Below, one piece after another: positions 1-13,975 of a stretch of 64,000 nt of DNA. Below the pieces are notes generated by a model. The model had not been told where the DNA came from, did not search any database, and worked only from the letters and a program-made list of their open reading frames with translations. How positions within the stretch are numbered: the first letter of the stretch is position 1; every line of letters starts with the position of its first letter. The stretch spans positions 9,176,001 through 9,240,000 of the forward strand of contig OZ116700.1 of assembly GCA_964199315.1 (NCBI GenBank). Reading direction: 5' to 3'. A program made the translations under genes and the position numbers. Source of the stretch: Orbicella franksi. Taxonomy: Eukaryota.

Positions 1-939
1 TAACTGATGAATGGATGGGGAAATATATACATTGCATTGGATACAAAAGGTAATTAAGTCAATTTTTAATTAATTAATATGTATTTTATAACAATGATTT
101 TCTCAGAATTAAATTGAAAATGTTTTTTCCAGGGAATATTTTTACACACCATACACTAAGTTCTTGAATTATTTACAAACAAGCAATCTGAAAGATACTT
201 TAGTCTTAAAATTAATCAACGTTGTCAGGGTTTGAAAAGAACTTGAATTCCAGCTTGCCCTTGGGACAAGCAGCTCTCAAATTTTGCTTGTCCTTAGCAA
301 GTCTTAGTTTGCTCTTCTAGTAGTTTAGTTGACACAAGATTTGCCTGATCCCTGGGAATGAAATGTTACATGTACTTGCCAAGAAGGAAAATCTACTTGT
401 CCCAAATGTCCAGATGGCACTGTGCCCTGCTGTTGTATTGTTCACTTAAACATAAGCTTAAAGTCTTGTATACACCAAAAATTAAGTACCCAGTATCCAG
501 AGTTCTTGTTATGAGAGAAATGAGGCAGCCAACTTTGTTGTGATCCTTTAACAGAACTCCTGTAGTGCAGTATGAACCGTTAAGGAAATAAATAAGCAAT
601 ACAAAACTATTTTGCCCACAAGTATATATCTCAAAGGCAAACTTTGGAGAGTAACGCTATAAACCTTGGCCTTATATTTACTCTTTCTCTTTGCTTTTTT
701 TGGGTTCTTTCTCTCCTTCTTACTTTGCTGGTTTTTGGATGGAGAAAAAGAGGGGGATGGCCTTATTATTTAAAACTGTATCAGGTCAAAAAATGTTCCT
801 GATCCCTAAAGTAAAGAAAAAGTACTAACCGACTCAATAATATTTAATGAAAATAATTTTCATTTAATTCCCAGTCCTGCATTCATGCATAAATAAATCA
901 TCATAAAAGTGGACAGCCTTCAATTACAAAGCTACTTAC

Positions 940-2035
940 ATGTAACAAATAGATTCCATGTTGTTCAGTAATACTGTAGATCACAGATGATGTCATTATA
1001 AACAACTAGGTAAGAACAGAAAAATGGCTTGGAGGCGACAGCTGAGTGTATCACTGCTGTTCTTACCACATTTTAATAACCTTCTGTGATCTATTAGTGA
1101 AAAGAAGCAAGGCAACATGGAATCTACTTGACCTGGTTTTATAATAATACCCAGAAACAAAAAACGAAGGTTAATGGCCTTGTCTATGTGTCTGTCCACC
1201 AATAGATCATAAGTAAGAACCAATCAACATGTGAGAATAATTTGACTTATCATATAAAAACCAATACTTCATGAAAATTTAACAATTTGGCATTGAGCCC
1301 TGTATATGGTATTAAATAAATTAACAGAAGAATTTGCAACATATTAATTATAGATGTCCCCCTTCTGTTCACTCACTACGGGAATATATATTAAAATGTC
1401 TTTTACAGGCAAACAAAGACAAAAAATAACTCGATATCAGTATCCACAGGCTGTCGTACTTTATTATATATTATAAATTATAAATTGGTCAGAAATGATA
1501 AACAGGAACAAAATTAGACACTAAAAGTTTTGCATTGATCTGAGTAGCTGCGCATCTTGCAATAATTGTACGCAAATTTCAGCTGTGTTTTTCATGGTGT
1601 CATCTGATATGCAAACAATCGTTTCCCTGTCAAATCTCGCTTAGTGAGGAATAACACCATATTTCCTGCCGGACGCAAAATTGTTCCGCCTTCAAATTGG
1701 CCATATATCATCGAGCAAGCGAGCGCTGCTGTCGGTGTTGAACAGTAGTATAAGTTATCCACGGAGTTCTAATGATAGCTGATCCCAGTGTCACCTCAAC
1801 AAAATTAATACACTGAGTTCTGCGATGTTATGGAATTTTCTTCACAGAGAATAATAAAAATAACTTTAAATACAAGCGCAGTTTCTCTAACATAACAGTC
1901 CCAAGCTATCGAATTATTTCGCAGCTGAAGCCGTTGAAGCAATACTAAATTAGAAATAAAATATTACGAAAAGGATATTTTAATGCACTTCTCCTCACTT
2001 GAGAGTTCTTTCTGCACTCGTTCTACAAGATCCAT
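940..2035 (-). CDS. Probable 5' exons of a gene running off the left edge (identity uncertain)
   Basis: ATG at 2035 in perfect Kozak context (ACCATGG) gives MDLVERVQKELSSEEKCIK. Small exon-like segments with GTAAG donors lie near 940-1090. The pattern MD....VQ..L...E.CI loosely recalls the INPP5B N-terminus, but I could not build a consistent spliced frame. Confidence 0.3.
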
Positions 2036-3860
2036 GGTTAAGTGCTCGAAGACTAAGCTGGATTCAGTGGCTACGTTCCCTCGGCTTGTCACCGCCAAAA
2101 CTACTTGTCATCCGCCATGTTTGTTTTCCTAGTTAGCAGCTAGGAGACTAAGTTCTACATAACTCCCACACGGGCTAAGCCACGGGCAAGGCACGGGCAT
2201 CCCGGCCCGGGAGGAAAAGTTTACAAGTGAGGCGGCCGGGAAAAGGCCAAAAGTTTACAAGTAAGGCCCCTTACTTGTAAACTTTCGACACTTCATTTTT
2301 TTTCCAGATTTGTTTACGGACGCCCGGCCCGCCCCTTCTCCCGCCAAGAAGGACGGCTGTTTTCGCAGGCTAGGTTTTTCCGTCATGGAGATTGTTTCTG
2401 GGCTAGCCATCCAGCACGGCGTTTTTTCGGCTGCCTGCATGAAACAACAGGTTTCTCAGTTTCAGGAGAAGAACAGCGTTGGCACCATGACTAAGACTGT
2501 GTCACACAGGCTATGACTTAAGGGAGCTACTAACATTGGCAAAGTACTCTCAACTAATGGCTAACCAATCTCTAGAAAGCAATTTAAGTAAAGGAAACTC
2601 AACCAATGAGATCGTGATTTTCTCCCGGGGAACTTCTAGAGTCTCTATAGTTGAATAAAAGCTCACAATTGCCGCAGATGTTCTTTCAAAACTACAGTCG
2701 TTGCGCCTAGAGTCTAGGAATACTCTCGTTAATGGCAAGTTTGTCAACATTGGTAGGTCGACACAGGGGCACCCAACAACCGTTTTCTCTCAAATGTTCT
2801 TTACCGCTGTTTTAGGCTATCTGGAGTACTTTTAAAGCTCTGTAGTTTAATTTTAGGTTGCGCCAAAAGAATTTTATCTGTTCGGTTATTCTAGGGTAAC
2901 TTGAGTATTCTCGAATTTATTAGGGCTTTTTTGTCCATTCCCTGAAAACCCGAGGTCTTATCACCTTTCCGAAAATGATAGCTGACCTTTTTTCGGTACC
3001 CAAAACGACATTTTTAACAATCTGAGAACAACAGACATTGAATTTCTCATACCACGAAAGTTCGAGGCTACAATTCTCTTCAGAAAATCAGAGGGGATTA
3101 AAGGCCTTCCGAACAGATAATTTACCGAAAGGATCCGTTGGGTGCCCCTGGGTCGAATAGAAAAGCAGTCACTGTTTCTCCCCCCCCCCCCCCCCCCCAA
3201 AAAAAAAAAAAAAAAAAAAAAACTGAAAGAAAAATAGTCGTTGTCTTGATTGTCAAGGTAGGAAAAGACAATGTACATTTCACGACTGCATTATTATTTT
3301 GGTTTCCTTGTTGACAAAAGGGAAACTCCTGATTTTTATATAAAGTGTCAGGAATGCTGGAAATGGTGTTTTAGCGGGTAAAATCGGAAACATTTTCCAA
3401 GGGCGGGCAAGGGCCCTAGACCCCCGTAGAAGCTTGTGCCTGTGGCACTCGACAACCACACCGATGGCGTCGAAAATTATGCTTAAGGTAGAAGTTGTTT
3501 GTTCCAAAGAATATTTAACCAGACACTAAACATGGCCTTAAAGTTCCCTAAAACAATTAGCAAAAGCCTAACTGCTGAGCAATTCACTTTTTGGCCTCTC
3601 CAATAATGGATTGGAATTGCCGGACTGCCTAACCTTTTAACCCTCGAATCCAGGGCTCAGAATTTAATTGTAAACCATCAATAGGCCAGTTAATTAATGG
3701 AGCGATTTCACTTTAGGCCACACACTGGGAAAATATTGTTTATTTTCAAAGTCGCTTGACTTGACCTCAGTTAACTCTACCACAGAACGTCTTGTTAGAA
3801 TGGACACTTCTGGAAGACATGCAAGAAGGTACATGAAGGCTCACCACTCGGGAAAAATAA

Positions 3861-4216
3861 GAGAGCTTAAGCAAACCACGATGGCAACGACAACGAGTAC
3901 ACCACCAATATTAATAAGTAGAACTGTTGTGTAAGTGCGTTATAAATTTTTGTATATTTATTTGCCGTCCTCTGCAAAACATCAACGTGAAATGACTAAA
4001 GTTCTGCGTATTTTGGAGAACGCGAACGACAGCGGCTAATTTTTCGTATTTTCACTTGGAATTTGAACACTGGCGTTACATACTGAGCTTGAACAAGTTC
4101 TGAGACCAATAGTGCACTAAACAGATTAGACAATTCCAAAATTCTAAGGTATAACATAGATTCATTTTTTACGAGGCGTTGTCCTCGGGGGAGCCATCGT
4201 CATTCCTTAAGCTTTC
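3861..4216. mobile_element. MITE-like element with imperfect terminal inverted repeats
   Basis: Left end GAGAGCTTAAGC; right end CCTTAAGCTTTC (reverse complement GAAAGCTTAAGG); no ORF. Confidence 0.55.
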
Positions 4217-4439
4217 GACAATGTGATGGGGAAACGAGAACGAGACAAGCTCTTGTTACTTATTTCTGAAGACGAAAGCTTCCTTTCTGGTAAACATCAT
4301 TCCCTTTAAATGCTGTTACAATTGAGGGCGTCCTCATAACAAAGACTTTGCTCGACATAACCTGCTGGACAAATGTTCACTCCATATGCAACGATGCATG
4401 AGTGTTGACAGTATCCAGTCTGATTTCTGCGTTAATTAA

Positions 4440-4982
4440 CTAAAGTTTTGAGTGTCCTGACATATGAATAGTAGAGCCACTCAGAAATCTCACTGGAATG
4501 AAGCCACTTTCTCCAGATGACACAATACAAGGCACATCACCTACAACAAGAATAGAATTGGATAAAACATTAAACCCTGGGTGCTTACCATTTACAAAAA
4601 CCATCCGGCTGAAAATTTCAGGCATAAACATTAAACAATTTGAATGCCACGTTGAGAGAGAAGGAATCGCTATAAAGTATATCCACATCAGCTAGTCTTT
4701 TAAAAAAGAGCAGAGAAATAGCATCATCTCAAATCACAGCCCATATTTTCTGAAGCTTCCCAAACGGAATGGCGCGAACCATTTGATTTTCCAACTGGAA
4801 TTTCCGGTTTTCCCATGTAAATGGTAAGTACTCCCTATCTTTAGGTTTCCGGGTCCCCTTCTTGTACTTAGAGGAAAAAATTCAAAAGTGTGTGTTTTTG
4901 TTATTGAGTATATAATTGATCTTTGTAAAAACGGACAATTCTTACACTCTCTATTAAGCCACACTGGTTTAGGCATAAGTAG

Positions 4983-5013
<31 letters not shown>

Positions 5014-5040
5014 TATCGGTTGAGTAACTTCAAAATCGGA

Positions 5041-5090
<50 letters not shown>

Positions 5091-8000
5091 CAATTGTACG
5101 ACACGATGTCCAATTACTAATTAATCGTATCTATAACAAATTTCGAAACTAAGAAAGTCTTTTGATAACTTCTTTTGAGCGAAAAAGTTTATAGCACTTT
5201 CCATAGGTTTTAAAAGCTCTAGGAAACATTGAGAGGGCGCGTAATTGACGTGCGAATGGCGTAGGTGACAAGTAGGCGCGCAGAGAACCAATTGATCAAG
5301 AATTTAATTACAGATACGACTAAAAACAATATATAATGAGAACCAGTGAAGATGAATACAAACTTATCAGTTGAAAGTTCCTATTTCCAACTAGAGTGAT
5401 TTTCCTGATGCAAATCGTTTTTACTCAGTCTGACAATGAAGCCTATGATTGAAGAATTTATTAACAGGGATTTTATCACGGTAAACTCTGGCTGAAAAGA
5501 TTAAGCTTGTAATTTTTTAATCGTTCCAGCCAGAGATCGTTTTTAAATTTTTACCATGTTTTATCCCGGTTGCGGCCCCTTGATATTTCCAGAGATTTTA
5601 TCATTGTGCAAGTCTATCAAACAATGTAATTTCTGACGACTGAAGGACGAATTAGGCAGAAATTACAATTCTGACGGCACGATAGAGAGGCTCACAGGGT
5701 GTCATGGGACGTTTATGGACTATTCAGGCTTTTGGCGGGAGATTTAGGTCATTCTAGCTTAGTCAGTCTTCGTGTTCGTCCTCTTTTTATAATTATTAAG
5801 CTATCATTATAACAGATTGTATGTATAATTGTAAAATGTTCTAGCTTATTGATTTTGTTCCATTTCCTCGAGATCTCGTGCTGCTGCGTTAGATAAGGAA
5901 CACATTTCCACATATTTTTTGGCCACATCTAAAGGGTGTTTTTTTTAGTGGTTTTCGTATCTGGCGTAGCACAGATTCTAATTGTTAGAACCAACAGTTG
6001 TAATTTGCAGCGATACAGAATATGTTGTAAGACAGAATACATCTGTATCGGATGAATGACTGATCAATACGTTAGGATACATCTATATCAGATGACTGGC
6101 TGACGCATGTTCATTAAACTATTCACATTAAATGTCTCGTGTCAGTGTGGTCAAAATAGAATCTATCAAAGGTGTAGTGTTTAGGTTTATTAAAAAAAAA
6201 TACACTTTTTAATATCCAGAAATTACCGATGCACATCCTGACAAGTGAAGCACTAAACGCCTGCTGGATTGTCTTCAGTTTCAGTCGTCCCTTGTCAAGA
6301 AGGAAGTTCTCTTGTTCCACAGCTCCAGTTAGTTCATCAGTCCACACCACACAAACAAATTCTGATTAAAAACAACAAATCAGATCAAGCCATTTTAACA
6401 AAGTGAATTCACTGATGTTCTTCACTTGTCATACTACAATATTTCACTTTAGAAGGTGAAAAACATGTCATGCACTATAAACCTGTGTGATAAACTATTC
6501 AGCAATTAGATTATGAGCTTGAGATTTCGATCATGTGAAAGTTGACGAGGGCGCGCCAGAGTTAACTATTACGCATGGAAATCGAGAGCGAATAATCTAA
6601 TCGTTCTACTAGTGCAAAACTTTGTCTAAATCCTGTTCAAAGACACCTTGAAAAAAACAAAGAAGTGGCCGCCAGTTTGTCAACAACCACACACTTCTGG
6701 GCTACTCACTATCTACAGTAGAATAGATAGTGAGCAACATAGCCAATAAGACTATAAGGGAACACCATTTGTGATAGAACGCTAGTGAATTTAAAGTCAT
6801 AAATTATATTTAAAAATCAGATTATGAGCCCGAGATTTCTATGAGGTGATAGTTCAACTCATAGAATAATCTAATTGTTTTAGTACAATTCTTACTAAAT
6901 CATGCTTTGTTTTGAGGAAGAGGTTACGCACAGACAAATAATTATACTCAATTGATTCACTTCTGACACCTTAATCATAAACTAACTCAAGTACCTGCAT
7001 TTTCTGGTGATGGATAGCGGGTATGTTTGTTCTCAACAAACGAATTTGGATCAATTTCATCCATTCTCTTCTCCAACATGGACAGTCTGTCATTTATCTC
7101 TGAAACAAATGTTGCCATTGTTGTCTCCATATCTTGAATGTGTTTGAACGAACTGCTTTGAGCCCCTGCAATAGAATTTAAATACATGTAATACTATATG
7201 TCTAGAAACGTCTTAGAAGATTAAAGCTTGATGAGGACACAGTAAACTCTTCTTGCTGTTCCTTGCAACAAGAAATGCTGTCCAGTGTGTGGATGCTTAT
7301 GACAGCATCAGGGAAATGAAAATGGCATGCATTTTTTGCAATTTTTTGTTACACAGTTACATGTAATTCAACAAAGTGCTTAAAATTATGTCACAGAAAT
7401 TGTGTTGCAGTTACTGCAGCCTGAGTGTAGCCTGCGAGTGCAGACATATTTCCGCCTGTCATTTGGTTCTGCCAAAAATAATGGCAGAACCAAGATACGT
7501 CTGCATTCACAGGTTACCTAAAATCAAGCAACTAAAACCACCATGCTCATTACAATGGTTAATTACAAACTACAATGCTTAACAACTGAATGGAGCTACA
7601 TTGTACCCCAATCCAGCATTCACTATCATCTAAATTGGTCATGATGAAAAACAGTAGTGTCATTTCCACAAGGGCCATTATAAAACAATAATTATGCTTC
7701 TTATTAGGCAGTCTTGACACTCAGGCCAATAACATTTTCCTTTGATTGTCAATAAATAGGTGCACATCTTACCTTGAAGAATTTTTTTTGAGTAGTCACC
7801 AAGCAGTTCAGGAACTTCATTTAATGTCAGTTCAGATATTAAAGAGGTCTTGTTACTCCCCATTGCCTCAACACTTCCCTTAAAAATGCTTCCATCTGGA
7901 AGCCTTAAGGATGGTGAATGTTCACTGTTTGTAACTACAGCACATGTAACATTTCCTCCATTTGTTAAAGTAACAACATCTTTCTGACTGATCCTTTGCC

Positions 8001-11000
8001 CATTCTTTCTTCTGTGGTCTTCACCTTCATCTAGGAACACATTCAAACACCTTACGCTCACTTCATACTGCTCACAAACAGCAGAAGGTGGGAAAGCCAC
8101 CATGTTGGAGATGTCTTTTGCTTTTCCAAGCAAAGCAAGGAAGCTGTTGGTGTGTCCAGGAATAAGACATATTCCTTTGGGTTTTGTAGCTGGGTCCAGT
8201 TCCAGTAGATTATTGCTTGTCGCAAACTCTGTTTTGCCATTCATGTTGGATTGACGAAGAGTGAAGATATGAAGCCTGCTACAACAATGGCTTCCCACTA
8301 TGACTGTACTTGTAGCAGGCTGTATCGAGAGAAAAAACAAAGACTGTCAAATCATTCTGACTTCAATAGTGATAACGACGATGATACTTTATTTAATATT
8401 GGGTTTACGCTTAGCTAATCAGCTAGTTTACAGGTATCCATGGCCCTAGTATGTTCTAAAAATTAAAACTAAAAATGTACAATAATTGATCATACAAAAC
8501 TTTATAATATAGCTTGGACCCTGTGCACACTTTGATTTTTCAAAAACCATGTTTTATCAGAGTGTAAAACATAGGAAAAGCGTGTTTTATTGTTTTTCGC
8601 CACATTTCCCCTATATCATAAAGCAAATGAAGAAGCCTAAGCCATGTGTTACATTGTGATAAAACACTCCAGACATTTGAGAACACTTGAGAAATGTAGA
8701 CAACACTTGCCTGTGGCTTGCGTTTTCTACATTTCCCTCATGTTCTCAAATGCCTGTTGTGTTTTATCACAGTGTAATACACAGCTTAGGTTTCTTTATT
8801 TGTTAAATAAACCCAGAGTACTAAAAATCTAGAGAATCAAATTACATTACATGTAAATTCTAATAATTACAATTAATAATTAAATTTATTACTAAAATTT
8901 AGTGCTTGCTTTTTAGCTTTAGCTGTATACAACTGTATGACATTTGCACAAGAACCAAAAATTAAATCCAGATTGTTTTTGACCTCCTTTGTCACAGATT
9001 ATAGATACAATGACAAATGTATATGAGACAAGCATAAAAAAAAAAACATAAACTAGTTGAAAACATTTCCCTCTTCATTGTTGGGGTAAATATGCTTCAT
9101 ACGATGGATTAGCATCCATCTAGGGGAATAGCAATGGTCCTAGCTGCTTCATGCAAGGGAAGTGTCTACAAATCTGTCTACAGCTGTATGTTATGTATGA
9201 GCCAGTTGGGCTTCAAAAGCTTTATTCATTTATTTAATTGCACATATGCATACTTGTACTACAGTACAGCCAGATATGAAACGTTGACATGTCATAATAC
9301 AAACCTGGAATACCAGCAAATCAGGAGAAATGAGTCCTTTTATGCTTGATCTGCAGGCCTCTCTCGGCTTCAAATCCTCACAGCATATTGCAATTATCTG
9401 TGCTAAGGTTTCTGAGGCTTCAAATTGTGGTGTTCGTAGCTTCAATTTTAACAGTGAATTTAAATCTTGATCCGCACTTGGAGTGAGAATAGAAAAATCA
9501 GTATCCTGTGTAAGAACTGTAGAAGAATAAGATTCCTTTCCTGTACCCTCATCGCTAGAATCACAGCCTTTTTGGACCTCAAAAACATCAGCATCATTTT
9601 CAAATTTGTGGTTACCACAGAGCTTGTCCAAAGGGAGTTCTGTCACAATGATGAATGATGATGTTTGCCATGGAGCAATACAGTTGATTTTCCCAGTCAC
9701 CTCAAGACTGTTCCAATGAGCAAAAGTGAAGTTATTTGGTTTGGTCAAGTCAGTCCATGAAAATATACATAAACTGTCCTCCACTGCACTTGCAAGATGT
9801 TTTCCATCTTTGCTCCATGCACAAGTTTGCAAATTTCTGTTCACAAATGAAAATCCAAAGTTACAAGTAAGGTCTAGCCTTGTTTAGTTTACAGTACATA
9901 CATGTACATGTAGTGTAATGTGCATTTTCTCCAAGCAAATGTACAGCCCAAAATTTATCTGTATATGTTGCCACAGGTATGTTTATAAATGATTTCAACG
10001 GCATAGCTAGGGGGGTCCTGGGGTGCCTGTAACCCCCCTTTTGTAAGCCTTTTTTAAGCAAACAACCTACAACAGGTGTGGAGGTCGACTCAACGATCTC
10101 GTGAGTACGCTCACTTTGACACAGTGTGACAACCCCCCCCCCCCCCTTTGAAAAATCCTGACTATGCCCCTGGATATGTTACCATCATAACAGACATTTG
10201 TATACGTGTAGCTGGGTGGCAACGCTTGAGTGATCTGTCATAAAGGACTGTAACCTGTAACGGTTGAGTATGCTTGATAAGCCCTTGATGTTACAGTTAA
10301 ACGTGCCTATTGTCATTATATGCTCACCCACTAAGCAGCAAGTATGTCACAGGTGTGGAAATCAAAGCAACAGGTGACTCAAAACTTAATGGCCTGATAC
10401 AACCGGCGGTCTGAGAGTTTCAAGGGTCTGAATTTTTGAGACACCCAACAGTCTGAGTTTTTCAACGGTCTGAGGTCTGAGTTTTTGAAGTCTGAGTTTT
10501 CAAGATACCCATTGTGTGGGTGTGGACAAAATGTGGGGTAGGCAATGACCTAGACGAATGGCCTAAGCCATGGTGTAGGCCATGACCTACCCTCTGGCCT
10601 ACCCTATGGCCTACCAGTGCTCAGATTTTTAAAAAACATAAACAAAACATCAGTAAGAGTCAAATGAGTATAGGGTAGGCCACAGGGTAGGCCATGGCCT
10701 ACACCATGGCCCTACCCGATGTTTTGTCCACACCACCACTGTGCAACAGATACCATATGTCCCACACCTGGCACTCCTCTATCCTGCAAGAAGTTAGTTT
10801 CACCTACGCCTTGTTCAGGACCTAGAGTTCAGCATAAGAGGAACCAACTGCTTGCAGGAGAACTCCTCCAATTATTCAGCTTTGAGACAGTGCTAGTAAT
10901 TATTATTAATTAAGGAGCATTAATTACAACTCACCGATGAGAAGTTTGTATCGAGATCACATTACACTCAAATTCCTCGGAAAAACATAACAGCACGGCC

Positions 11001-11437
11001 GACGTTTTCGACTGCACTGTTAACAATGGAACAGTGGGGTGCCACACACAACCTTGGGGCAAGCATGCTGTAGAGTACTCCTTCACAAGCTTCACCACGG
11101 TTTCTCCAACTGTCCTCCACAAAACCACGACTTTCTCTTTCAAAACAATAGCAATAAAATATCCGCTGGATCCCTTCGTTAACACACTGCTTGATATTCC
11201 AAACACGAAGTTTTCGAATTTTCCAACTAAAAAACGTTCCTTCGAAGTAAAAATCGTTTTACCGTCGTTGGATTTGAAATTTACGGGCGATAGCCACACA
11301 TTTTCTCCATCAGTCCAGACAAACTCGCCTGACTCAACGTTTTCAACATTTTTGCCTAATATTTGGAGGCTTTGGTGTAAATAATTGATGTTTGACCATA
11401 ACAACTTGCAGATTCCAAGCTCAAAGTCTGCCGCCAT
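4440..11437 (-). CDS. WDCP: WD repeat and coiled-coil-containing protein (WDCP/C2orf44 orthologue), 6 exons, ~662 aa
   Basis: Exons 11437-10935, 9836-9305, 8319-7773, 7165-6995, 6361-6227, 4540-4440. All introns are GT-AG with compatible phases; total 1989 nt. Motifs match recalled human WDCP: FELGICKLL~MELGKGKLL, WTDG, LPQGCVWHP, TELPLDKLCG~TELPLDKICG, KPKGIC~RPKGIC, GRLKLKTIQQAF~GKLRLSTVQQTF, SGFIP~EGFIP. Exon 4 is coiled-coil-like. Confidence 0.92.
4978..5118. mobile_element. Palindromic MITE-like repeat
   Basis: AGTAGTTGGAC...GTCCAATTACT ends with internal inverted symmetry (TACAATTCAGGGAGT / ACTCCCTCAATTGTA). Confidence 0.6.
8500..8815. repeat. Interspersed repeat; second copy in opposite orientation at ~47950-48410
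   Basis: Shared blocks AAGAAGCCTAAGCC..., CATTTGAGAACA..., AAAACACGCTTTT / AAAAGCGTGTTTT with internal palindromy. Confidence 0.6.
10519..10735. mobile_element. MITE with long inverted ends
   Basis: GGTGTGGACAAAATGTGGGGTAGG ... CCTACCCGATGTTTTGTCCACACC; subterminal GGCCTACCC / GGGTAGGCC repeats are mirrored. Confidence 0.6.
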
Positions 11438-12596
11438 ATTGAAATTCCCAGCATGTCTTGCAGTTACTGAACCTTTGACCCAGGCCTCCAGCAGCCAAAA
11501 GTTGACCACAAAATTTGGCGGGAAATATTTCTGATTGAAGATTTTCATTATAAATATTGGCCTTTGCGAGACTCCAATTTGCGTGTAGATAACATTTTTA
11601 ACTAAATTGGACATTGATAACAGCGTAAAAGGCTATCGGAAAAATGTGTTTCTGTGAAAATAAACTGCTACTCTTTTGGAAACTGGCTAAAATTTAGGTC
11701 ACGCTCATTAGAGACTTCTATCTGATAGGGGAGCTCCAACGGCCCGAAGGGCTGCCAAGCGGAGCGCCATAACTATAGGAACAGAACTGAACAGAACTAC
11801 ATGCATGCCAAGAAATGGAAAATGGGTAGCGATATGGATTGCGGGCGTGTGTGCCTTACAACGATGTCGTGCAACATGGCGGCCATATACTCCAGCTAGT
11901 ACTGAGTCATGCAGCCTTGGTTTACAGCCTACCAAAGATTTATTTTATTTTCCAGCTTCTCAGCGGTCTGGTGGATTCCTAGCCCTAATGAATCCGATTG
12001 GCTAATCGTGCGCGCTCCATACAGGCAGCACAAACTCAACATCCGACTGTTGATTCACGCGTTTGATAGACTTTCCATGGGAAATTCCCTTTACTGGTCC
12101 TAAATATACTAAAATCAAGCATAAAAATAAAATTCCATACATTCTGGGCGCAAATTGCGTCAATTTTCGACAAGTTTGTGGTTTTATTTATTTTGTCCAA
12201 TTTGCTGTTGTGTTTTCTTTTTTCTCTTTTTTTCTCTTCACAGTGTCACATGTAAATTCTGCAAACTATTAGTACCGCTTTTTTGTGCCCGAAACTCACA
12301 CCTACGCAAGATTTGAACTGGAAGGCTTTAAATTTAAAATTCAACACCAAAGTTGCCTTCAAAGTAATTAAAGATGATTTCCAGTCCGACTAACTGCGCA
12401 CTCTCAAGAGTTCGTGTACGTTTTTTGCTTTGTTTCATGTAGGACATCACAAAATGTAAACATTTCACAACTTAACTTACTGAAGTAGATTCGATGTTTC
12501 ATGTCAACCGCCGTTATAGATGCGAAGCTTATGCTTCATTTTTTCTCATGATGAAACAACTTTGCAGCTGTAAAAATCAATGAAGCTGTTGGAAAA

Positions 12597-12720
12597 CAGT
12601 GGCGGATCTAGGGAAGGGGTAAAAAAGAGGAAATCACAGAAGGAAGAAAAACCGGTAAGGCAAGCAAAACAACCCCCCCCCCCCTTCCCCCCCTTAGCTC
12701 AGGGTCTGGATCCGTCACTG
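12597..12720. mobile_element. Short MITE with hAT-like termini
   Basis: TIRs CAGTGGCGGATC ... GATCCGTCACTG; no clear target-site duplication. Confidence 0.6.
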
Positions 12721-13234
12721 GAAAAAGAATTTGAAAGGCCTCAAAATGAGGTATGTGGTTCGTAACAAATAACACTGATTCGAATTCCATCGAGTGAGAC
12801 TTATGTTTATAAACATTTAAGTGTGTTGAGACTGCACAGTATGCACTGGAAATAATCTTTAATCATAGAGGAAAAAAAACAAACACGTTATTTGCAGGCC
12901 TTGGTTAGTCCATATTTTTTTTTCCCAATATACAGACTGACCAAGGCTGGCCAATAACACATATATATTGGAAATCTCTGTGATGGTCAAAAAAAGGTAT
13001 CCGCTGACCAGTATCAAAAGACCATATTGCGGGCTCAGGTTTAGAGCTCATTGAGGACACGTTTTTTTCAAGTTGACCGCTGGCCAACTACTAGTTTTCA
13101 ATTGGATCTCGGGCTCATAATGTAAGGTAAACTTATAATCACGTCCGGATGTTTCTACACATGTTTTTCACTGCTTTTGTTTGGTATAGTTTGAGACTAT
13201 TCTAACTCAAAACGGAAGGACGAACAATACACAT

Positions 13235-13975
13235 AGTAATAAGTAAATAAAGATGGTGAATTTTAAGCTCAGTAATGAAATGTGAAGGTGAATTAATCAA
13301 CACGACATGAGCGTGGGACAAAGAAAAATTCTGAGTCCCCGACAGGAATCGAACCCATGACCTCCCGAACACCAGGCGGGCGCTCTATCCACTGAGCTAC
13401 GAGAACTCATGGAGAGCAAGGTCATTTAACTGAGTTCATATATGACAGGTGTCCTGCATACTGCTAGGATCAACGCTATCACATTCATCGTGAGTAGTGA
13501 TAAGTTAATAATGATGGTGAATTTTAAGCTTGGTAATGAAATGTGAAGGTGAGTTAATCAACATGACACGAACGTGGGACAAAGAAAAATTCTGAGTCCC
13601 CGACAGGAATCGAACCCATGACCTCCTGAACACCGGGCGGGCGCTCTATCCACTGAGCTACGAGAACTCATGGAGAGCAAGGTCATTTAACTGAGTTCAT
13701 ATATGATAGGTGTCCTACATACTGCTAGGATCAACGCTATCGAATTCATCGTGAGTAGTGATAAGTTAATAAAGATGGTGAATTTTAAGCTCGGTAATGA
13801 AATGTGAAGGTGAATTAATCAACATGACACGAGCGTGGGACAAAGAAAAATTCTGGGTCCCCGACAGGAATCGAACCCATGACCTCCCAAACACCGGGCG
13901 GGCACTCTATCCACTGAGCTACGAGAACTCATGGAGAGCAAGGTTGACCTTGCTCTCCATGAGTTCTTGTAGCTC
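13235..13975 (-). mobile_element. Tandem array (261-bp period, ~2.7 copies) of a tRNA-derived SINE ending in a foldback
   Basis: GATGGTGAATT recurs at 13252, 13513, 13774. Each unit has a 76-nt tRNA-like head on minus (13333-13408, 13594-13669, 13855-13930) with A box TAGCTCAGTGG and B box GGTTCGATTCC. Confidence 0.85.

Noticed and set aside
3180-3222. C19 followed by A24 as a retroposon poly(A) tail or functional element
   Set aside because: No recognisable retroelement body or TSD adjoins it; simple homopolymers, lengths unreliable.
11438-11614. Upstream Met extending the WDCP N-terminus by 59 aa
   Set aside because: Homology to WDCP begins at MAADFELG (11437), which has the better start context.
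13333-13930. Three tRNA genes
   Set aside because: The anticodon arm is irregular and varies between copies, and each head is joined to the same non-tRNA tail; this fits SINE heads. tRNAscan-SE was not run.
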